In this document: positions 13,272-26,575 of the stretch, piece after piece
Layout: the number at the start of each line of letters is the position of its first letter
How positions within the stretch are numbered: the stretch's first letter is position 1
Assembly: GCA_009103225.1 (NCBI GenBank)
Contig: RHPI01001616.1
Span: 498,731-562,730, forward strand
Length of the DNA stretch: 64,000 nt
Source: Chlorokybus atmophyticus
Lineage: Eukaryota > Plantae > Mesostigma and Chlorokybus algae
Direction of reading: 5' to 3'
The notes under the pieces: model-generated
What the model was told of the DNA's origin: nothing
What the model saw: only the letters and a program-made list of their open reading frames with translations
Databases searched by the model: none
Program-made: the position numbers and the translations under genes

Positions 13272-13619
13272 CTACAATAGGTCATTATGAGTCAGTGTAG
13301 CTACATCCACTAATGCTGTGCCGAACATCGTGGGTCCATGAGTCCCTGCCGTCCTAAGGGATGAAGCCGCCAACGCCAACACGGCGGAGGCGTGTGCGCG
13401 CTGAAACGCCACTGCCACACGTTGGCGATACTGGGTCACGAAACGAGACAGGTCGCAAACCTTCAAGCCCAGATGCTCAACCGCTCGACGCGCACACTGC
13501 TGTAGCACCGCCACAAATGGCTCCCCAAGTAGGTCATGCGTCTCCATCGCAAGACGTATGAAGGTGTCGGTCGTGTGGCACACACTGTACTTTGCGCGAC
13601 AACTTGACACTTGGCTCAT
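13272..13619 (-). mobile_element. Fragment of the restriction-like endonuclease C-terminus of a CRE/R2-type non-LTR retrotransposon
   Basis: RAKYS...FIRLAMETHDLLGEPF...QRVAVAFQRAHA resembles the K-x-x-KY...F-x-P-x-A-x-ET-x-G-x-x-G...QRxSVALQRGNA motif of RLE-type LINEs (motif recall). Confidence 0.6.
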
Positions 13620-14987
13620 AGGGTTCTATCATTATTACATTATTTGTTGTTGCTTCCAGGCACGGCGGCTGCGTCACACCGTCACCTACAAGTGACACGA
13701 GTCCGCGTCATGACGAGACGGTAAGGCACGAGGGACTCATGTCGACCCTGCAGTGAGTCGATATGAGGCCCTGTGCGGCACGAGTCGTTATGCAGGTATG
13801 TCTAGCCGACACTGTCGACAGAGGCAGGAAGAACAACACATAGTCCACAAACGGCACTCGTATTACATGTTAACCGCAGTGAGTCTGTCTCTAACTACTG
13901 CTCACAACTACAACACTAACACACTGAGACACGACTGACTCTAGACTGCTTATATAGTGCTGAGAGTCGACTACAGTTGTCAGATCTGCTCACTACAAAC
14001 GGCTACAATTACGCCATGCCAGCAAAAGCTTCGTTAGTTAATTGATGCAAGATTTGCCCACGGTGCCCTGAACAATGTTCGGTTCCTGGTGCGTGGTCCA
14101 TGGTCCATGGTCCATGGTGTATAATTGTAAGTTGTAAGCTCTGCTTGGGCCCTCGCCCTAATTGATTGTTGATGTGCTACTGTGTTTGCCGCTTGCATCG
14201 CTTGCACCACAACTTCCCACAGAGTGTGCTTCGCGCAACTCCAATGTTTGCTATGCAAGCTTACATTTCTTCTGTATTGGTTGGTTGCCTACCTTACCCT
14301 ACCGTTCATCACATGCTCGTGTGTGTGTGTGCATTAATTTTGATGTCCGGCCACTGAATTTGCCTATGTATGCGCAAAATTGAGGCCACTCCAACCCATT
14401 ATGCCGTAATCATTTATGCATTCGGGGGCCATCATCAAAGCAATTGTTATGTAATGCGTTGTATGCATGAAAAATCGGCACGCCTTACAGCCATTAATGT
14501 GCGGCATGTCGATGCTATGTGACACATCGCAATCAATGACATGCATAACATCGTATGGTCATAGCAACAACAAGCAATGTCATGCTTACATCAGCAGTCA
14601 GAGTCAAGCATGTATAACGGCAACAGCAACTTGCTGTTGCCGTTAAACATGAGTTCGACCAAACCTTCCAACACAACACATATCCAACAACATCACCATT
14701 AGCAAGTGATTTTTCAGCAGCTCACAACCCACCGCGCGAAGTCCTCACCCGAGCAAGCAAAGCCACAGTGAGACAGTTGCCATGCGGGCTATATGGCTTC
14801 CAGTAAGAAGTATAAGTTATACATGTCACATGTTTGGCCTGATGAGTAACCGAGTCACCCATCATGCCCCCCCCTCCCCCCCCCGTTCTCTGGAGAGAGA
14901 GAGAAAGATGTAACTCACTTCAATCAATGCCCCTTTGTTTGTGTAGATATGGCCCCGAATCCGCGCCCTCTTTCTTTAAAGGGGCGC

Positions 14988-15156
<169 letters not shown>

Positions 15157-17989
15157 CTTATGTACTATACTTAGTGGGGGCACACAAGGTAAGCAAGCAA
15201 GAGCCGGTTTAACATGTGGCACTTTTAACTTCCCTCCCCTCCCATAGCAACTACTTGTATTCTGCTAGCTAACCACTATGTCTAGTGCTTAACTCACTTG
15301 TTTTATTTTTCACTGTTTGGCTAGCCAGCATCCCAAATTTTGTTGTGTTTTGTGAGTACACATCAAATTTTACATGCCAGAAACCAAACACCTTGTCAAC
15401 TTGATAAGGATGCATTAACATTTAACTCACTCACGTGTTTTGCACCACAAAGCTTGTTGATATAGACACATGTATATATATATATATTGTATATACATAA
15501 TAAATTGCATTCTACAGTGCAGCCTGCAGCAATCTGCAGCAACTTCATTGGTTGGGTGCCGTGCGCTGCATCGTGGAGCTTCACCATGCAATTGCTAGCA
15601 ACTGCATGCATAAAGCAACAAATACAAACAATTCAGTTAAGTCATATGATTACCTACTGCTTACCTTATAAGCGGAAGGACGCAGTTATAAACTGTGTAC
15701 TTTCAATGTTAAAATGTAGATGAACAAAAGTATGTGGAAAAAAATGCCCTTTAAACATAGCCGGCCAATGGTGAGATACCAAGGAGATGCGTGGTTGCCG
15801 TGGATGCTTCAATTTGGTGCTATTGTTTTGGAGTAATACGTATTGAAGTAGTTGTAAGTATAACCTCTATAGTGTTATCTATCACCTCGTTCTCACCTTA
15901 ATGGAGGTGAGAGAGAGACAACATGCCGCATGTTGATGGTGCATGTCTTGCACTTGCCAATTGTAACCTCGATAAGGTAGATGCACACACATATGCACTC
16001 CGCATCTTATGTACACGTATTCGGTCAACAGGTTGTTTATTTCTGTCACATCCGCAAAAACGACATGTTGATTATGAGGGTGCCGCATCAAACCATGTCC
16101 TTAATTTGAGGAAAAACCAACGTCCGGCTTTGCTGGCTTGTGACAAGCAATCAACTCGCATTGTGATGTACGTGTGTGTGCGTGTGTTGTTGCGAAAGCG
16201 TGCATGCTATTGCTAATGCGGATGCGATTTTGATACAGCACAATAAAATGAGATAATATAAATGAGAGTGCGCATGTGGGCGCCTTACCTGGATCAAGCT
16301 GCCGACCAACTCAAAGGTGCGCAGGTGCGCGCTGTGGAACTTAGTGTGTGCGCGCACGCACACACAGAGTTCCACAGTCAAACACGCACCATTTTCCCCT
16401 CTCTTGGGCGCTTGAGTCCCTCCACATGCACCATCGCCTACACTTGCATACCACTATGAGAGCCACTCACCTGCTTGCGCAATGTTTGTTCCCATCCACC
16501 CATGGCATGCGTGCATATGACGTGTGCATACGACTTAACAACAGAGAAGCCGTGAGGAGCATGATGTAAAACTGCTCATGTTTCTGCAGGCGCGCATGGG
16601 CACACGCACTTGACAACATATACATGCGCTCATACACGTACATCATCAAAGCGGTGCCTTGATAGCCACTAATGGCGTCTACATGGTTCAAACACAAACC
16701 GTTGGCATACTAATCATCCTCCGGTAGGCGACTGATCTTGATCCGCCACCCTGCGTAATGTGCATGCTACCTCAAGTTTAGCAGATTTCTCGTGCCACGC
16801 TGCATTACACTTCGTCAAGGTCGACTTGTATTTAATCTCGCATATTCTGCTCGCAGTCAAGCTGTTTCTCGCGTCCAATTTTTTCTTTCCAACCCCATGG
16901 CGTAAGCAATGGCGTTTAACGCGCCGCTGCTGATGTATGCGAGGCTGGAGTACTTGTGTGTTGTCTTTGCCAGTTCACACAACACAGCGGCGACACTGAG
17001 CCGTCTCACTGATATCTCTGGCGAGCGATGGCATATGTCAGCGCGGTTGACAACGCTGGTAAGAGAGGGGGGGGGGGGGGNNNNNNNNNNNNNNNNCCCC
17101 CCCCCCTCCCCCGCGCGACAGCTAACGCAACAAAGTTGGGGAGCAATAGCAACGCTCTATTGGTTGCTGCTTTAACAACGAAGATGACTCCTTAACGCTA
17201 ACGGGATTGGCGGGAGCAGGGCAAGCAGGTAGGCAAAGAGGCAGCAGTAGCACTAGCACTAGCACAGGCACAGCAGCGACAATGTAGTCAGCACTGGACC
17301 AGCACGACACCAACATTGACACCGACGACAACGGCTTTGACATTGGCTAGGGCTCCCATTGCATGCACAAAGCACACCCTTAATCGACATTCGGATTTGT
17401 GGCATGAGCACTTGGGTAGGGTTGGCTACGGTCTCGTTCGCAGCTTGGGTTGGCAGCTACGTACTTATCCGTCGCTATAGGTTGGCTCTTAGGCAAAGCG
17501 AGCGCTCGCTTCTTGGGGACATCGGTAACGCCCCCCCCCCCCTCCTCCTCCCTGCATGCATGCATCAAATTGACAATGATGAAGTGGTGGAGCAAAGCAT
17601 GGACACTGGACGGATCGAAGGGCACTGACGCGGGGCTGATGGCCATTACTGAAGGCACATGTGGAGCAGTGTAAGCAAATAGTCAATCAGTTGATCTGTC
17701 TGCTTAGTCACATGCTTGTTCCTCTACGAGTGATTACAGAGCAGTACTGTACAGCCCGTGGACGTGATGTAAGCAACTGCTTTGCATTGTGTTTGTAATC
17801 TGTGTAGTATGTGCATGGTCGCATAAGGCAGTGCTGCACACATATAAATTGTTAATGTCGTGTGGTTTGTTTGTTTTGTAGCGCAACGTGGCCTGGCTTA
17901 CGTGTAACAGGCAGCAGTGTTGTATGGAAGCTACTTTGTAGTAGCATCCAAGTAATTGTGTAACTTACTGCTTGTTAGACATGCGCATT

Positions 17990-19190
17990 GAGTGCACTAC
18001 TTGGACTGCTTTGCAATGGATAACATGGATCAACATGTTGCTGTTGTGTACAGGTGGCTGAGGAGGCACCCTCCTTGGCCATGTTGCCCGGCAAGAACCT
18101 TCGCGTGTGGCCAACATTTCTTTCTCTCACCCACCGCCAATTACTGGCATACATGTACGGTTATCCCTAAACTCGCATATGTGCACATGTGGCCCGCGCA
18201 TGCCTTCTTGTAAGCTGCCTACTTGACGCATTGTATATGGCATGCAGTGCCAAAACTTCCCATCAGCCTTCCTTGCTTGTGGTTGCAGTTTAATAGCGCT
18301 GGCGGTACAAATACCTCAAAGCCACAGATGACACACATGCGCGTATGCACACAGCTCACACGCGAAGATGGCAACAAGAAGGTAAAAAGAGTGGTGGAGA
18401 CAGAGAGTATGGTGTCGTGCGAGACATGGGATGTGATCGGTTCGCACCGTCTTCAACTACGACATGCTGAGCTTGGTCAAATCTTCGGCTGGGTTGGACG
18501 CACAGGTAGGGTGGGCGCTGCAGGACTTGCTTCTACCTCGTGCGGCCACAAGTTTGATGAGGTGAGCCTGGTTGTGTATGTGGCAGTCTTCCTTGTTCAA
18601 TGAACGTGTGTATTTCTGTTGGTGGCGTGTGGCTGACTTCTATGCATGCATGTGCATATGTTTGTTGTTGTATCCGGTTTCAGCGCATGTGCATGCGCGC
18701 GCGCACATGCGCTGAATGCAAGACGGTGTGCATCCACACCCACATGCTTGCAATTGTGTGTGCGTATGCAAGTATGTACTCACACACATTCATATGTGTG
18801 TAAGTTACGCAGCCATTCACACGTAATGGAGCCACACGATGTACTGCAGCGTCTTACTTATCATTTCACCTCCCTATCATGTCCTGCTAGATAACTAGGC
18901 TTAGTTGTAGGTTGACAAGCACAAAAGTAGCGCAGAAAGAACATGACGAATAACCATTGTCTGTTCACCTGTTCGCAGAGTTCTTTTGTCGGCAGCAGGT
19001 GTAGAGCTCTGGCAGGATGGCTAGCCAATCGTCCAGGCTCAAGGCGGAGGTAGAGGCGTCGTCCATGCCTCTCTCCATCAATTCATCATCATCTGTCTGC
19101 TGAAGGTAGGGCCAGGCAGCGCTGCCGACCTCCCGCACTACCACGAGTACACAGGCGATGCCGCCGCCTCCGCCGCCTCCGCCGCCCTCT
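17990..19190. pseudogene. Scrambled DDX56 pseudogene: exon 2 and exon 4 relics on +, exon 1 and 5' UTR relic on -
   Basis: About 18050-18140 matches the exon 2 start (caggtggctgaggaggcaccctccttggccatg). About 18320-18565 matches exon 4 (gccacagatgacac...ggacgcacagg...gatgaggtgag). About 18960-19170 matches exon 1 in the minus orientation (ctgttcacctg...gagttctt...tccatgcctctctcc). Many indels. Confidence 0.85.
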
Positions 19191-20341
19191 CACTCATCCC
19201 AATGAAACAGGCAAATTTTTGGCAGCGCCGGTCTTCAACAAGATTGAGTCGAGGACCCGCGCAGGCTATTTGTGAGAGACTGTGAGTGCCTAACTAGTGG
19301 ACTAACCGAGTTAATGGCCCCACACTGTAGATATCTGACCTACTGCCTATGTAGGTCCCTCAAAGCCTCTATATCAAGCTGCGCCCCACTGGAAGCGTTG
19401 GAGACTTACCCCCTAGGGCTAGGCGCCGGGTCTTACCCCCTAGCACACCAGTTAACGGGGAAAAATTTGGACCTTTTTCCTTATTTGCTCTTTCATGCAT
19501 TAGAATGCATTTACTTTTATAGCCACGTTTCCTAGTTATCTTTATTTCTTTCATGCATTGGACAGCCATTTAGCCTTTTAAGATCAATGATACGCATAGT
19601 ATAAAAGGCAGTCTCATTTCCATTTCATTTCGTGCTTCAAGCAGTTGCTCAAGTTGCACCCCTGCAAATACAAGTCCTTTGCGACAAGTGTGTTGCTTGT
19701 ATATTTGCATGCGCGTGTGAGTGACACTGTGCATGTTGTTGTGCTCACTTTGCATATTTTTATGCATATATTTGAGCTGCTTAGTATTGTGGGGATGTGG
19801 GTTGGACGGTCCAGATTTTCTGGACTCTGATCCAGCGGCTCCATTCTTGTCTACACCGTCCAGCCTATCAGAAGGCTGAATTTGGTAATGCGCGCGAGTT
19901 CCGCGCGTTTGTCGGTCCTCGACCGGACTCTGCCGGTCGCGACCGGCGTCCTTTGATCATTTGATCATTTGAGCTTCATAAACGCTTATTTAGGTAAGTG
20001 TTTGAGGGATTCTTACCCTCTATTCTCTTAGCTCTTATCCTTACTACCATACCACAGAGGGTGGGTCGACAGGGTTTCTGTGGACGGCCCCTCGCTTCCT
20101 ACAAGACTAAAGATAGCTATAGGCTAGGGAGTTGATGGCACACATGCATGCGCAGCAGCACCCGGAGCACTGTGTCTACGCAGAGTAGTAGGGTGTGTGA
20201 GCGGCGCCGGCAGCAGGCGAGTTTGCTTTCAGAGCTTAAAATCAGACCAGCGGTGACTTGCTGAACCGTCCTGCTGTGTGTAGTTCACTCTCTTCCACAG
20301 TCTCTGTCCTGGTCAGTCGTATTCTCTGTTGTCTCCAGGGT

Positions 20342-20713
20342 ATGGCGTCTCCAAGGTACCTGTCGGCAGCGGAGGCCCTGAAGCGGATGGCTGCCAAGGC
20401 CGATGAGTTCGCTGTCGTCGCTGCCATGGTCGTCGTCGTCGTCGGAGGCGTCCTTTATGCCTCGCATCTCAGGCGAGAGCTAGACCTCGCTCTAGACCGA
20501 ATTGAGCGGGAGAGGGAGGTTCGAGAGGCGAACATTCGGGAGCTGGAGACTCAAGTCGCCATGGAGAAGGAGGTCAGGGCGGCAGAGGTGAGCAGAGTAC
20601 AGGCGCAAACGAACGCTGCATGGCAGGAAAAACTGCTAGACCTGGGTTATCATGGGGACTATGTCCCTTGGAGAGAGAAGAAGATGAGGAGCGACGAGAG
20701 TGCGTCGCAGTGA
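20342..20713 (+). CDS. Intronless 123-aa protein with one predicted TM helix and a coiled coil; unknown function
   Basis: Clean GC-rich ORF with hydrophobic FAVVAAMVVVVVGGVLYA, charged heptads RRELDLALDRIEREREVREANIRELE, and C-terminal LLDLGYHGDYVPW. Confidence 0.7.
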   Translation: MASPRYLSAAEALKRMAAKADEFAVVAAMVVVVVGGVLYASHLRRELDLALDRIEREREVREANIRELETQVAMEKEVRAAEVSRVQAQTNAAWQEKLLDLGYHGDYVPWREKKMRSDESASQ

Positions 20714-21509
20714 CTTACTGTGTGGCTTGTGGATTGTCAGATGCAAGCTGCTTTAACTGAGAACGAGGGAGTGTGTGATTTGTGCACTGTGAGTTGCTTA
20801 ACTGTTTACACGTGTGTTGTGGATTATCCTCTGATTGAACATCTGTCGTATGCACGCACACATGTGAATTTGCATGTATATGAGCATAACTCCATGCATG
20901 TGGTTGGACACAAACACTATGGGCTGCGAGCAGAGATGTGTCTGCAGCTCTTGCGTGCGCGCATGTGTTTGAGTGCAGCGATGGACTCAATTGGTGCTGA
21001 CAGCGTCTGCAAACCAATCTCTCGCATCAAGCTTCGGCATTGTCTGTGCAAGACCAACACTGGAGCACTGCCGCCACACTGGGTGTACATTTATGCCAGG
21101 TACAGCACTGTGGAGTGTGTCATTGTGTCTGCAGTTCCTGATGCTAGAAGCATAAGCGTCGTTTGCTTAGCGGAACCAAGGGCGCTGTTGTGTGTACACA
21201 GTTAAAGATGCATGTTTTTCAAGAAGGTGCCAGTAGCAATAAGTGCTGCATGGATTGGCATACATCATGATGAGCAACACTCGCCTGAGGTATTGTATAC
21301 GCAACTGCTGGAGCTACGCTAAGCTGGCCAACAGCAGCGCCCAAGACAAATATTGACAAAACAGTATTGTATACTCAACTGTTTGAGCTACAAGCTGGCC
21401 AACAGCAGCGCCCACAAAGACAAATATTGACAAAACCTGCCATCTATAGTCAATGCTCAACACTACTCTTGCTGTTACGAACAGCAGACCAACATGGTCA
21501 CGGTCTAGT

Positions 21510-23189
21510 CTACGCGTTGGAACCGGACACAATCTCAATGAGCTCGCCCGTGATCTTAGCCTGGCGCTGTCGGTTGTACTTCAAGTTGAGTATGCGTGAC
21601 AGCTCCGAGGCGTTGTCCGAAGCTGAGCCCATTGCGTTCATGCGCGCGGCAAGCTCGGACGCAAGGGACTCCTGCAACGCACGCAACACCTGCGAGTTGA
21701 GGTAAAGAGGGAGCAGCGCGTCGAGTATCTGCGCGGGTTCCTGCTCGAAGATGATGTTGGCATCGAGTTCTTCGGTCACGGTGGACACCTTCTCACGCTC
21801 GACGGCAAACTTGCCCTCCTTTGTTGTGAGGCGGAAGAGCTCATCTTCAGAAGCGTCCACGCAGTTGCCTTCAATGTCACACACCTCGCCAGCAGGTGAG
21901 AGAGGCAAAAGCGTGTGGATGACAGGGTTGGACTTGATGAGGGAGATGAACCGCGAGTACACGAGCTCCACCTTGTCCACATACTCGGTGAGGAAGTATG
22001 AGAAGACTGAATCAGCGAGAGCCTGTGCCTCCTTCGCTGTGGGGGTCTGACCCACTTCAATCGCCTTGGAGATGTCCCACTTCTCCGTGCGCATGGGTGA
22101 GGAGAAGTATGTGATGCCCTTCTTGCCAACGAGGACGTATGTGACTTCCACGCCCATCTTGACTAGCTCGCGACCACGCTGCTCACCCTTGCGGATGACG
22201 GCCGTGTTGAATCCACCGCACAGGCCGCGGTCGCCTGTCACAATCATGAGACACACGCGCTTCACGGGACGCACGACGGTCAAAGGAGACTCCACGTCCT
22301 CAACGCGCAGCTGACCGTTCACGCCGTAAAGGGTCTGTGCAAGAAACAGACAGTTCATCATATTCTTCACATTGCACACATACGCACACACACGTACTTG
22401 CCCATACGCGTACACATATGTACACTCATACATACGCGCAAGTGCGCATAAACGCAGTGGCAATGGTGTGTGCCTTGTGGGCGTCCGCGGCTCAATGCCA
22501 GCGGCCATTGCATGTTTGCAATCAGTGTTTGCATCATATGCACACGCACAAAAGGCAGCTAACCAGCTGGCAGGGCCAACGAAAATGGCAAAGGCAAACC
22601 CTGACCCAGCTTTGCAAGACTCTCTCGCACAGCCGCAGCACAGCACAATGCATGAGAAAGTAAGTGAGTGAGTGAGTAGTAGAAGTGTGTCTCTCACCTT
22701 ACAACCTGTTCAATGCAATGTGTTTTTGCAATACATACACAAAAGCAACTTAGCCAGCTGGCAGAGGCAACGACAACGGCAGAAATGCAAACCCTAAACC
22801 AGCTTTTCAGAGCCGCTTTGTGTGCAGCCGCAGACAATGCAGGAGCGACTAAGTGAGTGAACGAGAGTGTGAGTGAAAGAGAATGTGGCTCTCACCTTGA
22901 CGAGCTGCTCAGAGAAGGGGCGGCCCTTGACGACGGCCTCCTGGGCGCGGCGGACCTTGGCTGCGGCGACGAGCTTCATGGCGTCGGTAATCTTCTGGGT
23001 GTTCTTGACGCTGCCAATGCGGTCGCGGAGGTCCTTCAAGCTCATCGACGTCGCCTTGCGGGCCGGGGCGGCCGGGGAGGGCGCAGGCACAGCCGTGCGC
23101 AGAGCATCACGACCGCTGCTGGATGGCCCAGCTGGCGCACGCCGCAAACCCTCAAACACAGGCACCGCACGGCTCGCAGCGGCAGCCAT
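21510..23189 (-). CDS. atpC: Chloroplast ATP synthase gamma subunit, 2 exons (23189-22896, 22334-21510), with transit peptide
   Basis: [45 protein letters not shown], the thioredoxin-regulated insert CDIEGNC, and [13 protein letters not shown]...[13 protein letters not shown]. Confidence 0.97.
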
Positions 23190-25121
23190 GGTGGTGAGGT
23201 GGTGCCCTCCTACCGATGCACTTCCCGAACCCCTCGTCCTCCGCCTCCTCCTCGCCCCCCTTGCCGCCGCCGCCGCCGCCCACCTGAGCTACGCCGCCGC
23301 CGCGCCTTACAGCAAGTTTTACTAAGCTATTTTGTATTGACTGTCAGCTTGCATTGATTTTGCGTGCTGAAGGCCGGCTGTGCGGTGAGTTGGAGTGTCT
23401 GCTTGGTGGCTTGTGGAGCCGGTCGCAATGGGATTGAAGGCCGGCCATGGATGCAAAGCTGAGTTTTGCGCGCGGCGAATCCAATCGATGCGGTTTAGGC
23501 GTATGGACCGGTGAATGTAGGGATGACCGATTCCGCTACGGCCGTTGATTCTTCGCTATAAGCAAACTGATTGTAAGCAGCTTGGATGTGGGTGAGCTAC
23601 ATTCTCCCACTGTACAAGGCATGTGATTGACTTTACAAGGCAATAATGAATGCAAGCTTCATAACTACGCTTGACATCGATGCGTAGAGTTTGGTAGTCT
23701 GCAATGTGGCACCTGATGAGCATGACAATTGTTACAGATTACGTTATGTCGTGTCCGGGCATAGGTTGGCAATTACGTAAACATGATGCAAGCATGTATA
23801 TGTTTAATTTTATTTCTGATGCCTATGCGTGTGTAATACATGTCTCTTTTAGCTTTGCAAACCTACGTACAATCTTCTCATATCAACTATTAAACATCTA
23901 TTAAGCTTGTGGTTTTTGGATGTTACAATCGTCATTGTCAAAATTAGATAAAGCTAAACACTGTTGTTAAATTCTTTTTAACATGTTATACTTGTATAAT
24001 GTGCACAGAGATACAATTCCAATTGCCCCTACCACAATGGCGTGTACCTCTGCACCCACAGCAGCGCCATAACGCAAGTTAAGAAAAAAAAGCTGAACAA
24101 AGCATTGGAAATGCGCATAATGAGCACAGCTCGATTATATAGGCTTTTATGCATCAATTGCGCAGACCTCGTATTAAGAGCACCACCACAAGTGAGGCAC
24201 ACCGCCGCATGGAAGACAGGGGCGCACAGGCGCATGCCCCAACCTGATGCCAAGTGAAAACGCGATGCCGTGTTCTGGTGCCCTGGTTATTAAAGATGTA
24301 CACGTGAGGCCCTTCAACGCTATGGGGTTGTGCTCTTCAGTGATTCTGATGTATAACCCATGCAAAGGATGGTGTGGAGTGTATGGGGATTTCATGCATG
24401 CAAAGTCACACAACGGGGTGGTAGTAGTAGCGGTAGTGAAGGCAGAGTAGGCTAGCCCGGTGGTTAACCTACTTGATGACAATGACTGCCTACATTCTGT
24501 GTGCCAATCACACTTCTTGCATGTTCATTGCATGCGCCATCATACACCACATTGTGCACCCACCGTGTTCGCATGCAACCAAAAGCTGCACTCAGTCCAC
24601 ACTCATCAACAATACAACCACCGGGCTAGTCATCATCTAGTTCATTGTTTCACCTATCACCTACCTACCTACTGACCACCCCCGTTAGTCATGCATGCCT
24701 GCTCAGGGTTAGTCAGGTACCTGCCCACACACACGGCCGTTTACAAGTGTGTACTGAACATGCTGCATGTAACATGCACGACTAGGGGAGGGGGGGGGGA
24801 GGGGGGGGGGGACAAGGCCGCCCTTGTCTCCCTGCGTGGTGTTGCATGCACTCTATCTTGTAAACTCTGGTGACATTGCACAGCCATAGAGAACATAGAA
24901 ACCACACGTCCATGGCTTGATCAATGGCTTCTCATCACACGGGGTTAGCCTGCACATAACTTGGGCACATGTGCTGAACTTTCATGTTGAAAGCTTAGCT
25001 GTTACTACAGCAGCTGACAACTCAACAGCCATAATGGCTGTGGAAGGATACTGTAGACGCGTTGCAAAAGCCTACTACAATTTGTATCTGCCTACGGTTT
25101 GCTGCTAGGCTGTTTTGCCGT

Positions 25122-26575
25122 TTAGTTACCAAGGTACCCGTTGGTCTTGAGGTGGTTTACAAGGATGGCTGTCATGTGCTCGGGCGTGTTGGGTGCACCA
25201 GCTGAGTCGTGTGTCTCCATGACAACCTGCAGAAAGCAGAAAAAAAGTTGGGAATGGCCATATGCACAGACGCTACGTGCATGGTGAAATTCATTGCAAC
25301 ACAATGTACCTCAGCGTTCTCAGGCTCTTCATAAGGGTCATCAATGCCGGTGAAACCTGAACAAGCGCAATCCTCAGTTCATGCCAAAAACTAGGCATGT
25401 GCGTATGTCGCAGCATGCAAGGCCCATGTTTCGATGCTGCAGTGCATTGAACCAATCATCAACCATTATGCGACAGCATCACGCAAGTCAAGCACGCATA
25501 TCCAAGGCAACAATGTTGCACTCACCCTTAATCTTGCCCGCGCGGGCCAGCTTGTACAGACCCTTAGGGTCCCGCTGCTCGCAAACTTCAAGGGGGATCT
25601 TCATGTAAACCTGTTGAACAGTATTTCATACAAAATGTGTTCCAAGCTTCACAACTCATGTCGGATTCCAGCTATTTGCACTTGCAAACATGAAAGCGCA
25701 GGTACCTCAATGAAATCGCCAGGGCTCAATCGAGCGCGCACTGCATCGCGATCAGCCTTGTATGGGGAGATGAAGCTGACCAGCACAATGCAGCCAGCAT
25801 CGGCAAACAGCTTGGACACCTCACCTGCGATATTAACGGTTTACACACAAAACATGAGGCCAATGAACCAGCAACTGTACATGTGCAAGTAGAGACTGGC
25901 ATCTACGTGGCTGAGCTTACCAATGCGGCGGATGTTCTCAGTGCGGTCCTCAGCGCTGAAGCCGAGGTTCTTGTTGAGGCCGTGGCGGATGTTGTCGCCG
26001 TCCAGCACATACACGTGCTTGCCCATGCTGTTCAGCGTGTGCTCCAGTGTGTACGCCAGAGTGCTCTTGCCTGTCATTCAGTCAGTCAGCCAAGCAACCA
26101 AAGAGTTTCCTGCACGCATCAAACGCACTCACTAGCACTCAACCATACACAAGTTGACAGCTTTTAGTGCATGCTTTTCAGCTGGAATGACTGTCTCAAG
26201 TTGAAGAGCACAGTGCTGAAAGCTTGAAAGCTGGATTCATTATGCGACTTTGTGAATGCAAGCTTGCATGTGGAAACTGCCTGAAGCAAGCTGTATGCTC
26301 GGAGTTGAATGCAGCTTTGGCCCCTCACCTGCGCCGGAGAGGCCGGTGAACCAGAGGACGGCGCCCTTCTGCTTGAGGATCTTCTCGCGGGCTTCCCGAC
26401 TGACGGCTCCCTCATGCCATTTGATGTTGGTGCTCTTCTCAATTGTCACAACTCCTTCTGCACATGCCATTGCAAGATCGTTATCACCACAATCACCGTC
26501 GTCGTCGTCATGAACGTCATGCTAGCAGCTAGCAATGAGCTTACCATCGACTGCGGGCGGCGCGGCGGTCGCCAT
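25122..26575 (-). CDS. APK: Adenylyl-sulfate (APS) kinase, 7 exons, no obvious transit peptide
   Basis: [17 protein letters not shown]|GKST (P-loop), [46 protein letters not shown]|FTGIDDPYE. Confidence 0.95.

Noticed and set aside
13690-13997. Solo-LTR-like stretch (ends in CA, with a TATA-like tatataag on -)
   Set aside because: No terminal inverted repeat, target-site duplication or second copy seen.
17359-17628. Short ORF with a TM-like segment (MSTWVGLATVSFAAWVGSYVLIRRY)
   Set aside because: Lies beside a gap, has no recognisable family and no convincing downstream exon.
24680-24788. Possible roughly 110-bp MITE with imperfect TIRs (ccccgttagtcatgcatg / catgcacgactagggg)
   Set aside because: TIRs are short and mismatched, with no target-site duplication or second copy.
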